This document shows, one piece after another, positions 27,257-44,525 of a DNA stretch of 64,000 bases (positions are counted from its first letter, which is position 1; every line of letters begins with the position of its first letter). This DNA comes from the human T2T-CHM13v2.0 reference genome, Homo sapiens. Under the pieces are notes generated by a model, which ran no database searches, was not told where the DNA came from, and saw only the letters and a list, made by a program, of their open reading frames with translations. The position numbers and the translations under genes were made by a program. The stretch is taken from NCBI RefSeq assembly GCF_009914755.1, contig NC_060925.1; one strand, written 5' to 3'.

Positions 27257-27472
27257 TGGGTCCCCGTTCCAAGATGGCTAAATAGGAACAGCTCCGGTCT
27301 GCATCTCCCAGTGTGATTGGTGCAGAAGAGGGTGATTTCTGCATTTCCAACTGAAGTACCTGGTTCATCTAATTGGGACAGGTTAGACAGTGGGTGCAGC
27401 CCATGGAGGGTGAGCCAAAGCAGGGCAGGGCATCACCTCACCCGGGAAGTGCAAGGGGTCAGGGGATTTCCC

Positions 27473-27697
27473 TTACCTAGCCGAGGGAAGCCGTGACAGA
27501 CTGTACCTGGAAAATCGGGACACTTCCACCCAAATACTGCACATTTCAAATGGTCTTAGCAAATGGCACACCAGGAGATTATATCCCGTGCATGGCTCAG
27601 TGGGTCCCACGCCCACGGAGACTTGCTCACTGCTAGAGCAGCAGTCTGAGATTGACCTGTGAGTCAGCAGCCTAGCAGGGGGAGGGGCATCCACCAT
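27473..27697 (-). other. L1 ORF0 homologue (74 codons, open) in the antisense 5' UTR
   Basis: MVDAPPPARLLTHRSISDCCSSSEQVSVGVGPTEPCTGYNLLV...SRFSR resembles primate L1 ORF0 (MAGAPPPASL...ISDCC...SVGVGPSEP..GYNL); ATG context GCAATGG. Confidence 0.75.
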
Positions 27698-28678
27698 TGC
27701 TGAGGCTTGAGTAGGTAAACAAAGTGGCCAGGGAAGCTCGAACTGGGCAGAGCCCACCGCAGCTCTGCAAGGCCTGCTGCCTCTATAGAGCCCACCCCTG
27801 GGGGCAGGGCATAGCTGAACAAAAGGCAGCAGAAACTTCTGCATACCTAAACGTCCCTGTCTGACAGCTCTGAAGAGAGCAGTGGTTCTTCCAGCATGGT
27901 GTTTGAGCTCTGAGAATGGACAGACTGCCTCCTCAAGTGGGTCCCTGACCCCCATGTAGCCTAACTGGGAGATACCTCCCAGTAGGGGCTGACCGACACC
28001 TCATACAGGAGGGTGTCCCTCTGGGATGAAGATTCTAGAGGAAGGATCAGGCAGCAATATTTGCTGTTCTGCAATATTTGCTGTTCTACAGCCTCTACTG
28101 GTGATACCCAGGCAAACAGGGTATGGAGTGGACCTCCAGCAAACTCCAACAGACCTGCAGCTGAGGGACCTGACTGTTAGAAGGAAAACTAACAAACAGA
28201 AAGGGATAGCAACATCAACAAAAAAGACATCCACACCAAAACCCCATCTGTAGGTCACCAGCATCAAAGACCAAAGGTAGATAAAACCACAAAGATGAGG
28301 AGAAACCAGAGCAGAAAAGCTGAAAATTCTAAAAACCAGAGCACCTCTTCTCCTCCGAAGGATCACAGCTTGTCACCAGCAATGGAACAAAGCTAGATGG
28401 AGAATGACTTTGATGAGCTGACAGAAGTAGGCTTCAGAAGGTTGGTAATAACAAACTTCCCTGAGCTAAAGGAGGATGTTCGAACCCATTGCAAGGAAGC
28501 TAAAAACCTTGAAAAAATATTAGACGAATGGCTAACTAGAATAAACAGTGTACAGAAGACCTTAAATGACCTGATGGAGCTGAAAACCATGGCACGAGAA
28601 CTACATGACGCATGCAAAAGCTTCAATAGCCGATTTGATCAAGTGGAAGAAAGGGTATCAGTGATGGAAGATTGAATT

Positions 28679-30157
<1,479 letters not shown>

Positions 30158-31515
30158 TTAATGAAATAAAGTGAGAGGAGAAATTTAGAGAAAAAAGAGT
30201 AAAAAGAAATGAACAAAGCCTCCAAGAAATATGGGACTATGTGAAAAGACCAAATCTACGTTTGATTGGTGTACCTGAAAGTGATGGGGAGAATGGAACC
30301 AAGTTGGAAAACACTCTTCAGGGTATTATCTAGGAGAACTTCCCCAACCTAGCAAGGCAGGCCAACATTCAAATTCAGGAAATACACAGAACATTACAAA
30401 GATACTGCTCGAGAAGAGCAACCCCAAGACACATAATTGTCAGATTCACCAAGGTTGAAATGAAGGAAAAAGTGTTAAGGGCAGCCAGAGAGAAAGGTTG
30501 GGTTACCCACAAAGGGAAGCCCATCAGACTAACAGCGAATCTCTTGACAGAAACTCTACAAGCCAGAAGAGAGTGGGGGCCAATATACAACATTCTTAAA
30601 GAAAATAATTTTCAACCCGCAGTTTCATATCCAGCCACACTAAGCTTCATCAGTGAAGGAGAAATAAAATCCTTTACAGACAAGCAAATGCTGAGAGATT
30701 TTGTCACCACCAGGCCTGCCTTATAAAAGCTCCTGAAGGAAGCACTAAACATAGAAAGGAACAACCGGTACCAGCCACTGCAAAAACATGCCAAATTGTA
30801 AAGACTATTGATGCTAGCAAGAAACTGCATCAACTAACGGGCAAAATAACCAGCTAACATCATAATGGTGGGATCAAATTCACACATAACAATATTAACC
30901 TTAAATGTAAATGGGCTAAATGCCCCAATTAAAAGACACAGACTGGCAAATTGGATAGTCAGTGTGCTGTATTCAGGAGACCCATCTCACGAGCAGAGAC
31001 ACACATAGGCTCAAAATAAAGGGATAGAGGAAGATCTACCAAGCAAATGGAAAGAAAAAAAAAAAGCAGGGGTTACAATCCTAGTCTCTGATAAAACAGA
31101 CTTTAAACCAACAAAGATCAAAAGAGACAAAGAAGGCCATTACATAATGGTAAAGGGATCAATTCAAAAAGAAGAACTAACTATTCTAAATATATATGCA
31201 CCCAATTCAGGAGCACCCAGATTCATAAAGCAAGTCCTTAGAGACCTACAAAGAGGCTTAGACTCCCACACAATAATAATGGGAGACTTTAACACTCCAC
31301 TGTCAATATTAGACAGATCAACGAGACAGAAAGTTAACAAGGATATCCAGGACTTGAATTCAGCTCGGCACCAAGCAGACCTAATAGACATCTACAGAAT
31401 TCTCCACCCCAAATCAACAGAATATACATTCTTCTAAGCACCACATTGCACTTTTTCCAAAATTGACCACATAGTTGGAAGTAAAGCACTCCTCAGCAAA
31501 TGTAAAAGAACATAA

Positions 31516-33109
<1,594 letters not shown>

Positions 33110-33779
33110 TGAGTGAACTCCCATTCACAATCGCTGCAAAGAGAATAAAATACCTGGGAATTCAACTTACAAGGGATGTGAAGGACCTCTTCAAGGAGAA
33201 CCACAAACCACTGCTCAACGAAATAAAAGAGGACACAAACAAATTGAGGAACATTCCATGCTCACGGATAGGAAGAATCAATATAGTGAAAACGGCCATA
33301 CTGCCCAAGGTAATTTATAGATTCAATGACATCCCCATCAAGCTACCAATGACTTTCTTCACAGAATTGGAAAAAACTACTTTAAAGTTCATATGGAACC
33401 AAAAAAGAGCCTGCATTGCCAAGACAATCCTAAGCCAAAAGAACAAAGCTGGAGGCATCATGCTACCTGACTTTGAGCTATACTACAAGGCTACAGTAAC
33501 CAAAACAGCATGGTACTGGTACCAAAACAGAGAGATAGACCAATGGAACAGAACAGAGGCCTCAGAAATAATACCACACATCTACAATCATCTGATTTTT
33601 GACAAACCTGACAAAAACAAGAAATGGGGAAAGGATTCCCTATTTAACAAATGGTGCTGGGAAAACTGGCTAGCCATATGTAGAAAGCTGAAACTGGGTC
33701 CCTTCCTTACACCTTATACAAAATTAATTCAAGATGGATTAAAGACTTAAACATTAGACCTAAAATCATTGAGGAGTGA

Positions 33780-34306
<527 letters not shown>

Positions 34307-35296
34307 TGATTCCTGTCCCTAGCGGTGGAGCGCCAAGTCAGTATATTCACTGAAAGACCAGAGTGTCTGTGAGCGGCTTTCTCAGTTCTCCTTTCCTGTT
34401 CCCAGCTTGAGCAGACTCTGCGTGTCTTTCCTCAGGAAGGTCTTTCTCAGCCCTCCTGTCCTGTCCCATCTCAGGCAGCCTCCGAGAGGGCCCAGTTTCT
34501 CAGAGGGTTTCTCTCAGTTAACGACCCTGTCCTCAGCAGGCCCTGTGTGTGTCCGCCTGAGGAGAGAGTCTCTCGATTCTCTGCCCTCAACTTTCACACC
34601 CTGGGAAGGTCTGTGGTGCGGCTTGGTGAGCAGGTGCAGACTCTCTTCACGGCTGGGGCTTGTTGGGACCCTGGCCCAGTATGCTAGCCCACACTGGTTT
34701 CTTTTTACCCTGATCAAGGGTGGCCTCCTTTCCCTCCTCTGAAAGTGGCTGTGGGAATGACTTATTACTTTGAATTACTTATTACTTTCTGGAATTTTAA
34801 TTAACTTATTTTTGTTTTGCTTTGTTCTGTTTGCAGCCTCACTTCTGCTCTCTGATGGCTTTTAAAATCTATGCTGCTGTAGGTGTTCCAGCTGTCACGT
34901 GATGTTATAATGAGAGCCATGTTCTCGCAGGATTTTTTAAGTGGGAGCAGAACGCCCCCAGTTGTTTTTTTATTATGTTCGGGACATTGTGCTTGCAAAA
35001 CTGTAGGAATAATTGAGGCCTGGGATGATGTCATTTTCTTCCAGAGATGATTTTTATTTGCTTCTTCCAAGCCTAACAAGCCTAGGAGTCCTGGTAGTTG
35101 GCAGTCTGGAGTAAGTTTAATCCAGCTTTAAAAATTGAGGTTTTTCTGGGCCGCCCAGATGACTGGAAGCTGGGCTGCAGCATGCAGGGAATAGATGACC
35201 TGCTCTTGGGATGCAGCTGTTTTGGATTCCAACCCACAGTATGTGTCAGGGCGGGGTGTGGGGTGTTATCAGGGCCCCCACCTTGGTGGGTTCTAG

Positions 35297-35594
<298 letters not shown>

Positions 35595-36404
35595 AGACTC
35601 CAACTTTTATCCCCTAACCCCATGTGGCTCTCATGAATAATGTTCAACCTCTCAGCTGTCTTTTCTTGATTGGCAAATATTGTTAGGGCAAAAGTGGCCC
35701 AAATGCAGCTCACCTGTCAGGATATCCGCTTTCTTCCGGATCTTAGCCCAGGATTCTGTACTATTTTGTCAGGGCTCCTATGCTTTCAAGCAAGCATTCA
35801 GCTCACCTCACTGTCGTTAGCAGGAGGGTTGGTCCAAATTAGCTAATTTGCTATTGCCAGAAGCTGCCATTTCTGTATCTTAGTTTATTCTTTCAAAAAC
35901 TCAATCTTCGACAGCTGAGAGCAGTATTTAAAAATTTCTCTTCTCCTATATGATTTGTGGTTTAGGCAACTCCTGAATTTTTGATATATTTCACATTTTA
36001 TCTTTTGAGATAGCATTATTTAATGTCTTAAGGTTTATAATGGTTATAAACACATGGTGAATATTTTATGCCTTCTATTTCCCAGCCATTGCTTTTTTGT
36101 CTTAAATTTTACGTTCTGTTTTTTGTGTAAATTTCATCTACTTTGTATATCTTTGCCTATATTATTATTTTGTAACCATTCAAAAATATTTTGCTTTAAA
36201 CCTGTGTTATAAAAACATTCACATTGCTTATCATTACTAGCATGATTTACCTACTGTAATTTTATGTTACACATTATATATCTTTTGTTCCTCTTTATTA
36301 TTTTCTTGTCTTTTGCTATATTAATCCATTTTTTTCTTACTCTTTCTCTCTAGGTTCTTGGGAATTTTCCATTCAGCTTTTATTCTATTAGCGGATGGAT
36401 AACT

Positions 36405-36712
36405 TTTATTTATTTTTTATCTTTTTATTTTTGAGACAGGTTCTTTCCCTGTTGCCCAGGCTGGAGTGCAGTGACTCAATTTTGGCTCACTGCAGGCTTG
36501 ACTTCCTGGGCTCAAACCTCCGAGGACTGGGACTACCAGCTTGGCACGCACCATCTTGCCCGGCAACTTATCTTTTTTGTAGAGATGATGGGGGTGGGGG
36601 GTGGTTCTCAATATGTTGCCCAGGCTGGTCTCAAACTCCTGGGCTCAAGCAATCCTCCCACCTTGGCCTTCCAAAATGCTGGGATTATAGGGGTGAACTA
36701 CTGCACCTGGCT
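36405..36712 (-). mobile_element. AluJ
   Basis: Diverged antisense Alu with CCTGGGCTCAAGC; TSD GATA(A/C)CTTTT. Confidence 0.85.
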
Positions 36713-36714
36713 GA

Positions 36715-37784
<1,070 letters not shown>

Positions 37785-38184
37785 TAAATGTCTTAACATC
37801 AAGAATAAGGCCATATCGATCAATAAGATACATGCATACTATTTTGCCACCTCTCACTTTTTATTAATAGTATACTATTTCTTTGCTACCTCCCAGTTTT
37901 TGTCAAAGTAAATTGTGATACAAAAACCCCAATTTATAATCATGAAATATTTATTATATTTAATTTTAATAATAATGATTAGTTTCATATTATATTAATT
38001 ATAATTATTTCGTTCATTTAGTTTTATTGATTTGATTGTTCTTTGCCTTTTCTTTTACATTTTTTCTGTTGAATTATTTATTTTGATTCGTTTCTTAGCT
38101 GGCAGGACTATGTCCTCAAGTACTATTTTTCAAAAAGGGCTTATAGAAGAGCTCTCCCATCCCCAGTGGAGTTGGCTAACATCC

Positions 38185-38913
38185 TGTACCAGTTACCAGT
38201 TTATTACTCTCTGGCTCCAAACGTTTCTCCCTTGCCAGCGGGCACAGTGTTAAACTGTGTCAGTAGAGGGCGCTAGAGGACAGAGAGAAGAAGAGACTTC
38301 TCTTGCGGTTTCTTTAAGCTTTCCTTCCTACTTGCTTTCGGGACTCTGAACCCCCGGGGTTCTCAGCTCAGTTTCAGGGCACTTCCGCAGGCATCTTCAC
38401 GGCTAGTTCTGTGGGTGTCCCACTTAGTTTCCCAGTGGCGAGTTCAGCCGCACCGTCTTGGGTGGATTCCTGGTGGAGCCGACTTGACCCAGCCAGTTTC
38501 CTGCGAAGTCCCGCATGCGCACTTCCCCGGGGGCAGCTTCCCAGCAAGTTCTGCGTGAGTCCTAGGTGGCTTTGCCATGAGTTCAGCGCATCCCCCAACA
38601 GCAACTTCCGGAGGAATTTTGTGGGCACCCCAGCAGGGGGCTTCCAGCCCCTGAGCCGTGGCCTGCCGTTCTCTTCCCCACAATGTTCGCTCTCTTGACT
38701 GTGGCCCGGTTCTGTCCAGGGACAACCCAGAGAACTCTTCTGCCCTCAATGGGCTGCAACGCACTTTCTCCAGCAAGGACTGAACCCCAGTCTCGGAGAG
38801 CTAGGCTTCTTCACGTTCGTTCTTTCTTTTTGGGTTCTCCCCAACCCCTGCGAGATCATCTAACATTCCTCTTTATTCCCACTGCACCATTAATTTCTAT
38901 CCTGACTGATTCA
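38185..38913 (-). mobile_element. LTR41-like ERVL solo LTR
   Basis: TGTACCAGTTA start, TTTCTCCCTTGCCAGC...GTCAGTAGAGGGCGCT block, CCTGACTGATTCA end, TSD CATCC/CAACC. Confidence 0.72.
38258..38275 (+). promoter_or_regulatory. CTCF motif in LTR41
   Basis: TGTCAGTAGAGGGCGCTA matches the CTCF core CASYAGRKGGCRS. Confidence 0.65.
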
Positions 38914-38985
38914 CAACCCCGAGTTCCGAAGCAAGGGCAAGCTGTGGGGCGCTTCTTGCCGTCTCTACTCAAAACGGAAAAAGCT

Positions 38986-39106
38986 GGCCAGGCGCGGTGG
39001 CTCACGTCTGTAATCCCAGCACTTTGGGAGACTGAGACAGGAGGATCGCTTGAGCCCAGGAGTTCAAGATCAGTCTGGACAACGTAAGGAGACCCTGTCT
39101 CTTCAA

Positions 39107-39151
<45 letters not shown>

Positions 39152-39492
39152 TATACATATGTGTATATATACATATATATGTGTGTATATATATACACAT
39201 ATATGTGTGTGTATATATATACACATATATGTGTGTGTATATATGTATATAATTATATATGTATATATGTGTATATATATGTATATAATTATATATACAC
39301 ACATATATGTGTATATATGTAAAATTAGCCAGGCATGGTGGTGCGTACCTATGGTCTCAGCTACTCAGGAGGCTGAGGCAGGAGGATCGCCTGAGCCCTG
39401 GGGTGTTGAGGCTGTGGTGAGCTGTGATGGTGCCACTGCACTCCAGCCTGGGGCAGGGACTGAGACCCCATCTCAAAAAATAAAAATAAAAA
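38986..39492 (+). mobile_element. AluJ with expanded microsatellite in its linker
   Basis: Left arm to about 39105, right arm from about 39321. Confidence 0.88.
39107..39320. repeat. Compound (TA)n(CA)n(TATG)n microsatellite
   Basis: About 215 bp of alternating purine-pyrimidine repeats. Confidence 0.95.
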
Positions 39493-40074
39493 GAATGGAA
39501 AGAACCAATGAAATCTTGATGCTATTAACACCTCTGAATATTTCACTGGTTTCTAGAATCCACACAAAACAGGAATCCTACAGAATGATGGCTTGCAGAG
39601 GACATTGTAACAGGGCAGTCAAACCAGTTGGAGAAGTGTGCTCTGTCCTATAAAAACGTGCTCCTTCCTGACGTCTACCCCATGTTGGTGGGCCCATGAT
39701 CTCCTCCTAGACCTCTCAGCTGAAATCAGTCCTGTCCCTGTGTTTGGTGTCCTTCATACCCTCTCGTGGCTGCCTCCCTGCCACGGCCCTGGCTCAGGCC
39801 CTGGTCACCTTGCCTAGGGTAGTGGCTTCCCTGGGAATGCCATCTCCACTCAATACTCCTTCTGGTGCTAGAGTGCCCTGCTCAAGGCCTCACCTCCCAC
39901 GAAGCTTCCTGAACAGCTTAACTCACTGTTTCTTCCTGTTCTGCCCTCTCCTATTATCTGTGCAAATCTGAAGGCACTTTCTGCTCTGTCATGTACCTGA
40001 TCTTTCCTGCCAGCCTAGACTGCTTTGATGAAAACTGCATCAGATAGCAGAGGAAACACTTATTTGTATGGAAG

Positions 40075-40092
40075 TGGCGTCCTCTGCTGGTA
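40075..40092 (-). promoter_or_regulatory. CTCF-like motif (reverse)
   Basis: Minus strand TACCAGCAGAGGACGCCA, one mismatch to the core. Confidence 0.45.
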
Positions 40093-40409
40093 GAAGTATG
40101 TAATGACTGGAACTTTTCCCTAGCTGTGTAAAGGACCCTCACTGCCCAAAGCTGAGACAACCAGTGATAGCCAAGGAAACCCAGCTGCCCTTCTCTCTGC
40201 CCACCCCAGTCCCTAAGCATGTAAAATTCAATCCACTGACTCACTCACCAGATTTCCACACCTCACTATTGCACTAAGATGTTCCTGATGCTCCAGTCTC
40301 ATGGATAATGGCAATCTTTAACATTAATTGGATATGCACTGTATATGCCAGGCACTGGGCTAATCTCTTCATCTGTATTATATTATTTAACCCTCATAGC
40401 AACTTTGTA

Positions 40410-40835
40410 CGGCAGACAAGTGGACCAGATTCCTTAAAAGCAGAGCCTGGGACAGATTTCATGCATATCTTCTTCTGTTGGGGAAGAACCCTCAGAAGAA
40501 AGAAAAGGAAGGAGAGTGGGGTGGGGAAGGAGGGAGCCAGGCTGTGGTGTCAGCTGTGGCTGAGCTGCGGCCTGATTTCATGGGGATCCCTGAAGCATGT
40601 GCTACACCAGAGTTCATCTTGTCTTGAGGTCGGGGACTGGCCTTTCCTGCCCCTGTGTCAGACAAGCATCGGCTGCAAGCCCCAAGTAAGGCAGCTTCCA
40701 TTCCCGGGGAAGTCTCTGCAGAGGGAATAACTGTGAACTGTTACCAGCCAAACCTCACAGCAGCCGGTGGGCAGGGATGGAGGGTTGCACCAGACCAGTA
40801 AAGGGGATTTGGCTGGGCACTAATAGCAACCATGG
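40410..40835 (-). mobile_element. Old ERVL LTR (LTR33/LTR16-like) within a MIR
   Basis: AAGCAGAGCCTGGGACAG block typical of these LTRs; highly diverged. Confidence 0.45.
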
Positions 40836-41789
40836 TACTGTTATTTCTACTGTACAAATGCAGAATTATAATCTTCCAGGTTTGTAGATACTTTATAGAT
40901 TTTGAGTGTTTTCATATTCATTACCTCATTCAATGTTACAGTAAGCTTGAGAGGTAGTGATCATGATCCCCACTTTATGAATGAGAGTGAGAAGTGGGAG
41001 ACTTCCTCAGGATTGTCCAGCCAATAAATACCTTCTCTGTTTATAAATAGCGTCTTCTCAGATACATAGGCAGCTGTATTGGGTCCCAGTCCAACCTCTT
41101 CCCTGTGACATTCAGGCTCTGGTCGTTTACCAAGGATCTTACAGCCCTTTTAACTCAAAAGAGCCATGAAGCTGGCAACCTTCCTTGCTGAGACTAGGTA
41201 CGAGGATACACCTCCTATCAGGTGAGGCCTTACCTTGCCTGCCTGACACTTTGCTGGGCTCAGAATGCTTCTCCAAATTCCCCGATGGAAAGAAGACACC
41301 CGGGCACTTCTCACCTGCTCCTGCTTCTGCAGTTCCCTTGGCAGTTTCCTTAGAGGTGTCCCAGCAAGCTAGAGTCTGTCAGAGGACATTGAGGGCCAGG
41401 CCAGAGAAGTTTAGAAAGAGTCCCAGGACTACCTGAGCACTGCCTTCACCTGCCACAGGGGTAGCTGTGCAGCCAGTCTTGTGGCAGAGGCTGGGGTTTC
41501 CTGGATCTTAGAAGTGTCACCTCTTCCACCCTCTCAGGGCCCTGGACTTTCGCCCTCAAGCTGCCTCTGGATCTAGCAAAGGCCCTGAGCCATCTTTGGA
41601 ATGGATGAGTTCGAAAAGCTGCATTAGAGTGGCTCCCCTCCTTCAACGCCACCTCATCAGAGTTCTAAGGGATGCTTCACACCTAAGAGCTGATGAGGTA
41701 CAGCAGGAGCACACAGGGGACCCAGAAACCTCGCATTGTGTTGAGAAACAGCTGACTGACTCAGGTTCAAATCCCCCACTCTATCACAG

Positions 41790-42170
41790 GGCATCTCAGT
41801 TAAGATGAGGTAGAAATGAGAGTAACAGAAAATTCACAACAGCAGCAATTGTGTTGTTATTGAGTGGCCCTTGCCCTCATGGTACAAGGTAGCACCTGCC
41901 TACCAAGTAGCAAAACAGAGGGAGGGACAAAGAAGAAGGAGCAGACAGCAGATGCACAACCTGTGTCTTAAGAAAGGTTCCCAGACACTGCTGCATAACG
42001 CGTCTACTTACTTCTCTTTGGCCAGAACTCAGTCATGTGACCACGCCTACCCACACAGGAGACTGGGAAATGCAGTCTTCATTCTGGGCAGCCATGTTTC
42101 CTGCTACAACTTTTCTTACCCTGATAAAATAGTAGAAAGTTATTGGAGACTAGCAGCTTCTACCACACTA
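41790..42170 (-). mobile_element. Old MaLR LTR (MLT1J/K-like)
   Basis: TTGGCCAGAACTCAGTCATGTGACC...CTGGGAAATGCAGTC. Confidence 0.65.
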
Positions 42171-42554
42171 GATTCTGGCCTCGGGCAAGTCTCATGGCCT
42201 CTCTAGGCTTGGAGATAATGCTATCTTACAACAAACAATTTGTATTAACTGAAGCCTCCGATGCAAAGGATCTAGCACAGAGCCTGGAATATACTATGCA
42301 CAACCTCCCCTTCTCTGTTCCTGCCTCCAGATATTCTGAAGTGTGTGGCAGTAGCTCAAGTGCTCTCAAATGTGGCCACAGTTCCTGCAGCCCGTGTCTG
42401 AGTGCTTTCTCTATGCAAACTCACAGGATCACCCTGTAACTTCTTACCAGAACTTCTGAACCAGACCTCAGGGTAGTAGAGTAAGTCACAGTGACATTTA
42501 AAGAAGAAATAATGCCACTATCACACAAACGATTTACTCCGTGGAGTCCATGCA

Positions 42555-42722
42555 TTATCCCATTCCATTCCTGCACAACCCCAGGCCATAAGAACTATTA
42601 TCCTGACTGACAGATTTGGAAACTGAGGTTCAGAGAAGTTAAGCAGCTTGCCCAAGGTGACAGATAGTAATTGGCTGAACTGGGATCAGATCCCGGTCTA
42701 TCTGGCTCCAAGTCCTTGTCCT
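42555..42722 (-). mobile_element. MIR
   Basis: GGAAACTGAGGTTCAGAGAAGTTAAGCAGCTTGCCCAAGGT. Confidence 0.8.
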
Positions 42723-43749
42723 GTAATCATCATGGTACAGCAGTGAGGGGTTTCCCTGTATGAGGCATCTACTCACTGCCCAGTGATGGGAACTATTGTT
42801 AAAAGATCTCAGGCACACAAGAGAATCAGGGAGGAGTGGGCCCATGAAGGAAGCCTTTTCCCAGGTGAGGAGACTTAGCTGAGCTTTGGGGCCTGTGTGA
42901 GACACTGACTACAGTTGTTACCAGGCAGGCAACCTAAGAAGACGCCTGGAGCCTGGAGACATGATGGGAGTCATAGCCTTGGACTTGCCTACACACTCCT
43001 CATATTGCCCCAGCCTCAAGGGCAGACCGCCAGGACCAGATGGGAGTGGGGACAGCCCTGGCCCCTGGCCAACAGCTCTGAAAAGAAAAAGTTTCTTTGT
43101 AAGCTGCAGTAAATCCTTAGGGTTAATTGAAGCCTGAACGTTCATTTCAAAGACCTCACTTCCTGAATCCCAGGAGCATCCAGAAGAATGGCACCAAGGT
43201 GGCCCAGCCCAAAAAAGCAAGACACGAACACTGTCTCAACCTGTACGTTCTCAAGGATAAAGAGGGCCCCTACTAGCAAGACAAATGGGTGGCCCCTATG
43301 ATCCTGGAGGGGCTGAGCACAGGGGAAGGATGGCATAGGAGACTCCCACCAAGAAGGCAGTGATCCTGGGCTTGGGCGCCCACTCCCTGCCAGAGAACCC
43401 AGCCTGGCCTGGCTTCAGGAGCCCTCTAACCTTCACCCTCAGGCCACTTGACCTCCACCTAAATCCAGCACTGCTCCCTGTAGGAAGGCAGGGGTGTGAC
43501 TTCTTGGTAGTCTCATCTGGCCTGTCTCCCCCAGGGGTGGGAGCTCCCCGAGGGGAGGGCTGTTGCAGGCCCCTTCAGGACCTCAGTTCCTGCAGTGGTC
43601 CCCCAATTACGCTTCCTCACTAAGTGTCTGAGGGAGCATTTGCCCAGCATCGCGATTCCTTTAGCCCAGAGCCCTCCCTGAGCAGGCCCAGGATATAGAA
43701 ATGGTCCAGCGTTGGCCTTTGACCCGGGAGAACAGGGTGAAGGGGACAC

Positions 43750-44525
43750 CCAGGTGCGGACTCCTGCGGGGGTCTGGGTGGGCCCAGTGACGTCAGTTCT
43801 GGTTCTCCAGTGAAGGAGACCAATTCCAGGACTGCCCCCAACTTGCTGTGTGATCCTGGGACATTTGCTTAAACTCTCTGAGCCTCATCTTTCCTTTCAC
43901 ACGACAGGGAGACGATCCTGCCTTTGGGAGAATGACTTGAAGTAAATCACTCTTAATCCCTAGACGGAAAGGAGGGAGCGGGAGAATTTCTGCCATCCCA
44001 CGGGACGCAGCGCAGAGGAGGCGGCTCCCCCAGCTTATTAACCACAGACCAGGTGTGCACGCCCAAGCTCACCGGCAGAGGGCGCCAGGCCTCCGCTTGG
44101 TGCTCGAGCCTCGAGGCCCAGAAAAGGTAACCTGGTCCCCAGAGGTCTGAAATCGCTGATTGTGTTTATTCAAAGCCAGTCACCATTGCTCACCCGTCTG
44201 ACTTACTCTGGGTGTGTGTGGACGGGCGTGCATGTGACCGCGTCTGTGCACCGGGGCTGTGCTGTGGGCTTTGTGCTGAGCCAAAGGTGGGGCTTCTCCT
44301 GTCCGCCCGGTCCTGGACTCCCGGCAGCGGCCGGCAGAGGCGGTGCTGATGCTGTAGGAGGGTCAGGAGCCACTGCCTCGTGCTCAGCCCCACGGGCGCC
44401 ACTCTGTGTGCCCTGCAGCGGGGAGGACCCACAGGGTAGACCGCCTCCTTGGCCGGTGACCCCTGCAACAGAGCCGTCTCTCCGGTGCTCTTGCTCGCCA
44501 AGTCAGTGTGAGGCCCGGACGGAGG
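43750..44525. promoter_or_regulatory. CpG-rich promoter/enhancer-like element with full CRE and CTCF motif
   Basis: Locally high CpG density, TGACGTCA at 43788-43795, CACCGGCAGAGGGCGCCA at 44070-44087. Confidence 0.65.

Noticed and set aside
26519-27300. NPM1-L1 junction as a template-switch chimeric retrogene
   Set aside because: The junction lies at an endonuclease-like A-rich site with a complete L1 5' end, and Tigger1 also lacks its right end, so insertion followed by deletion is simpler. Not formally excluded because the 3' TSD is lost.
28053-28092. 17-bp tandem duplication in the L1 5' UTR
   Set aside because: Recalled as a subfamily feature of L1PA6-type 5' UTRs.
33770-33778. TGAGGAGT after the L1 breakpoint resembling the next Tigger1 bases
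   Set aside because: Only 8 bp and the homology does not continue; consistent with chance.
38856-39653. Y/I/H/C-rich ORFs
   Set aside because: Translation of the TA/CA microsatellite and Alu.
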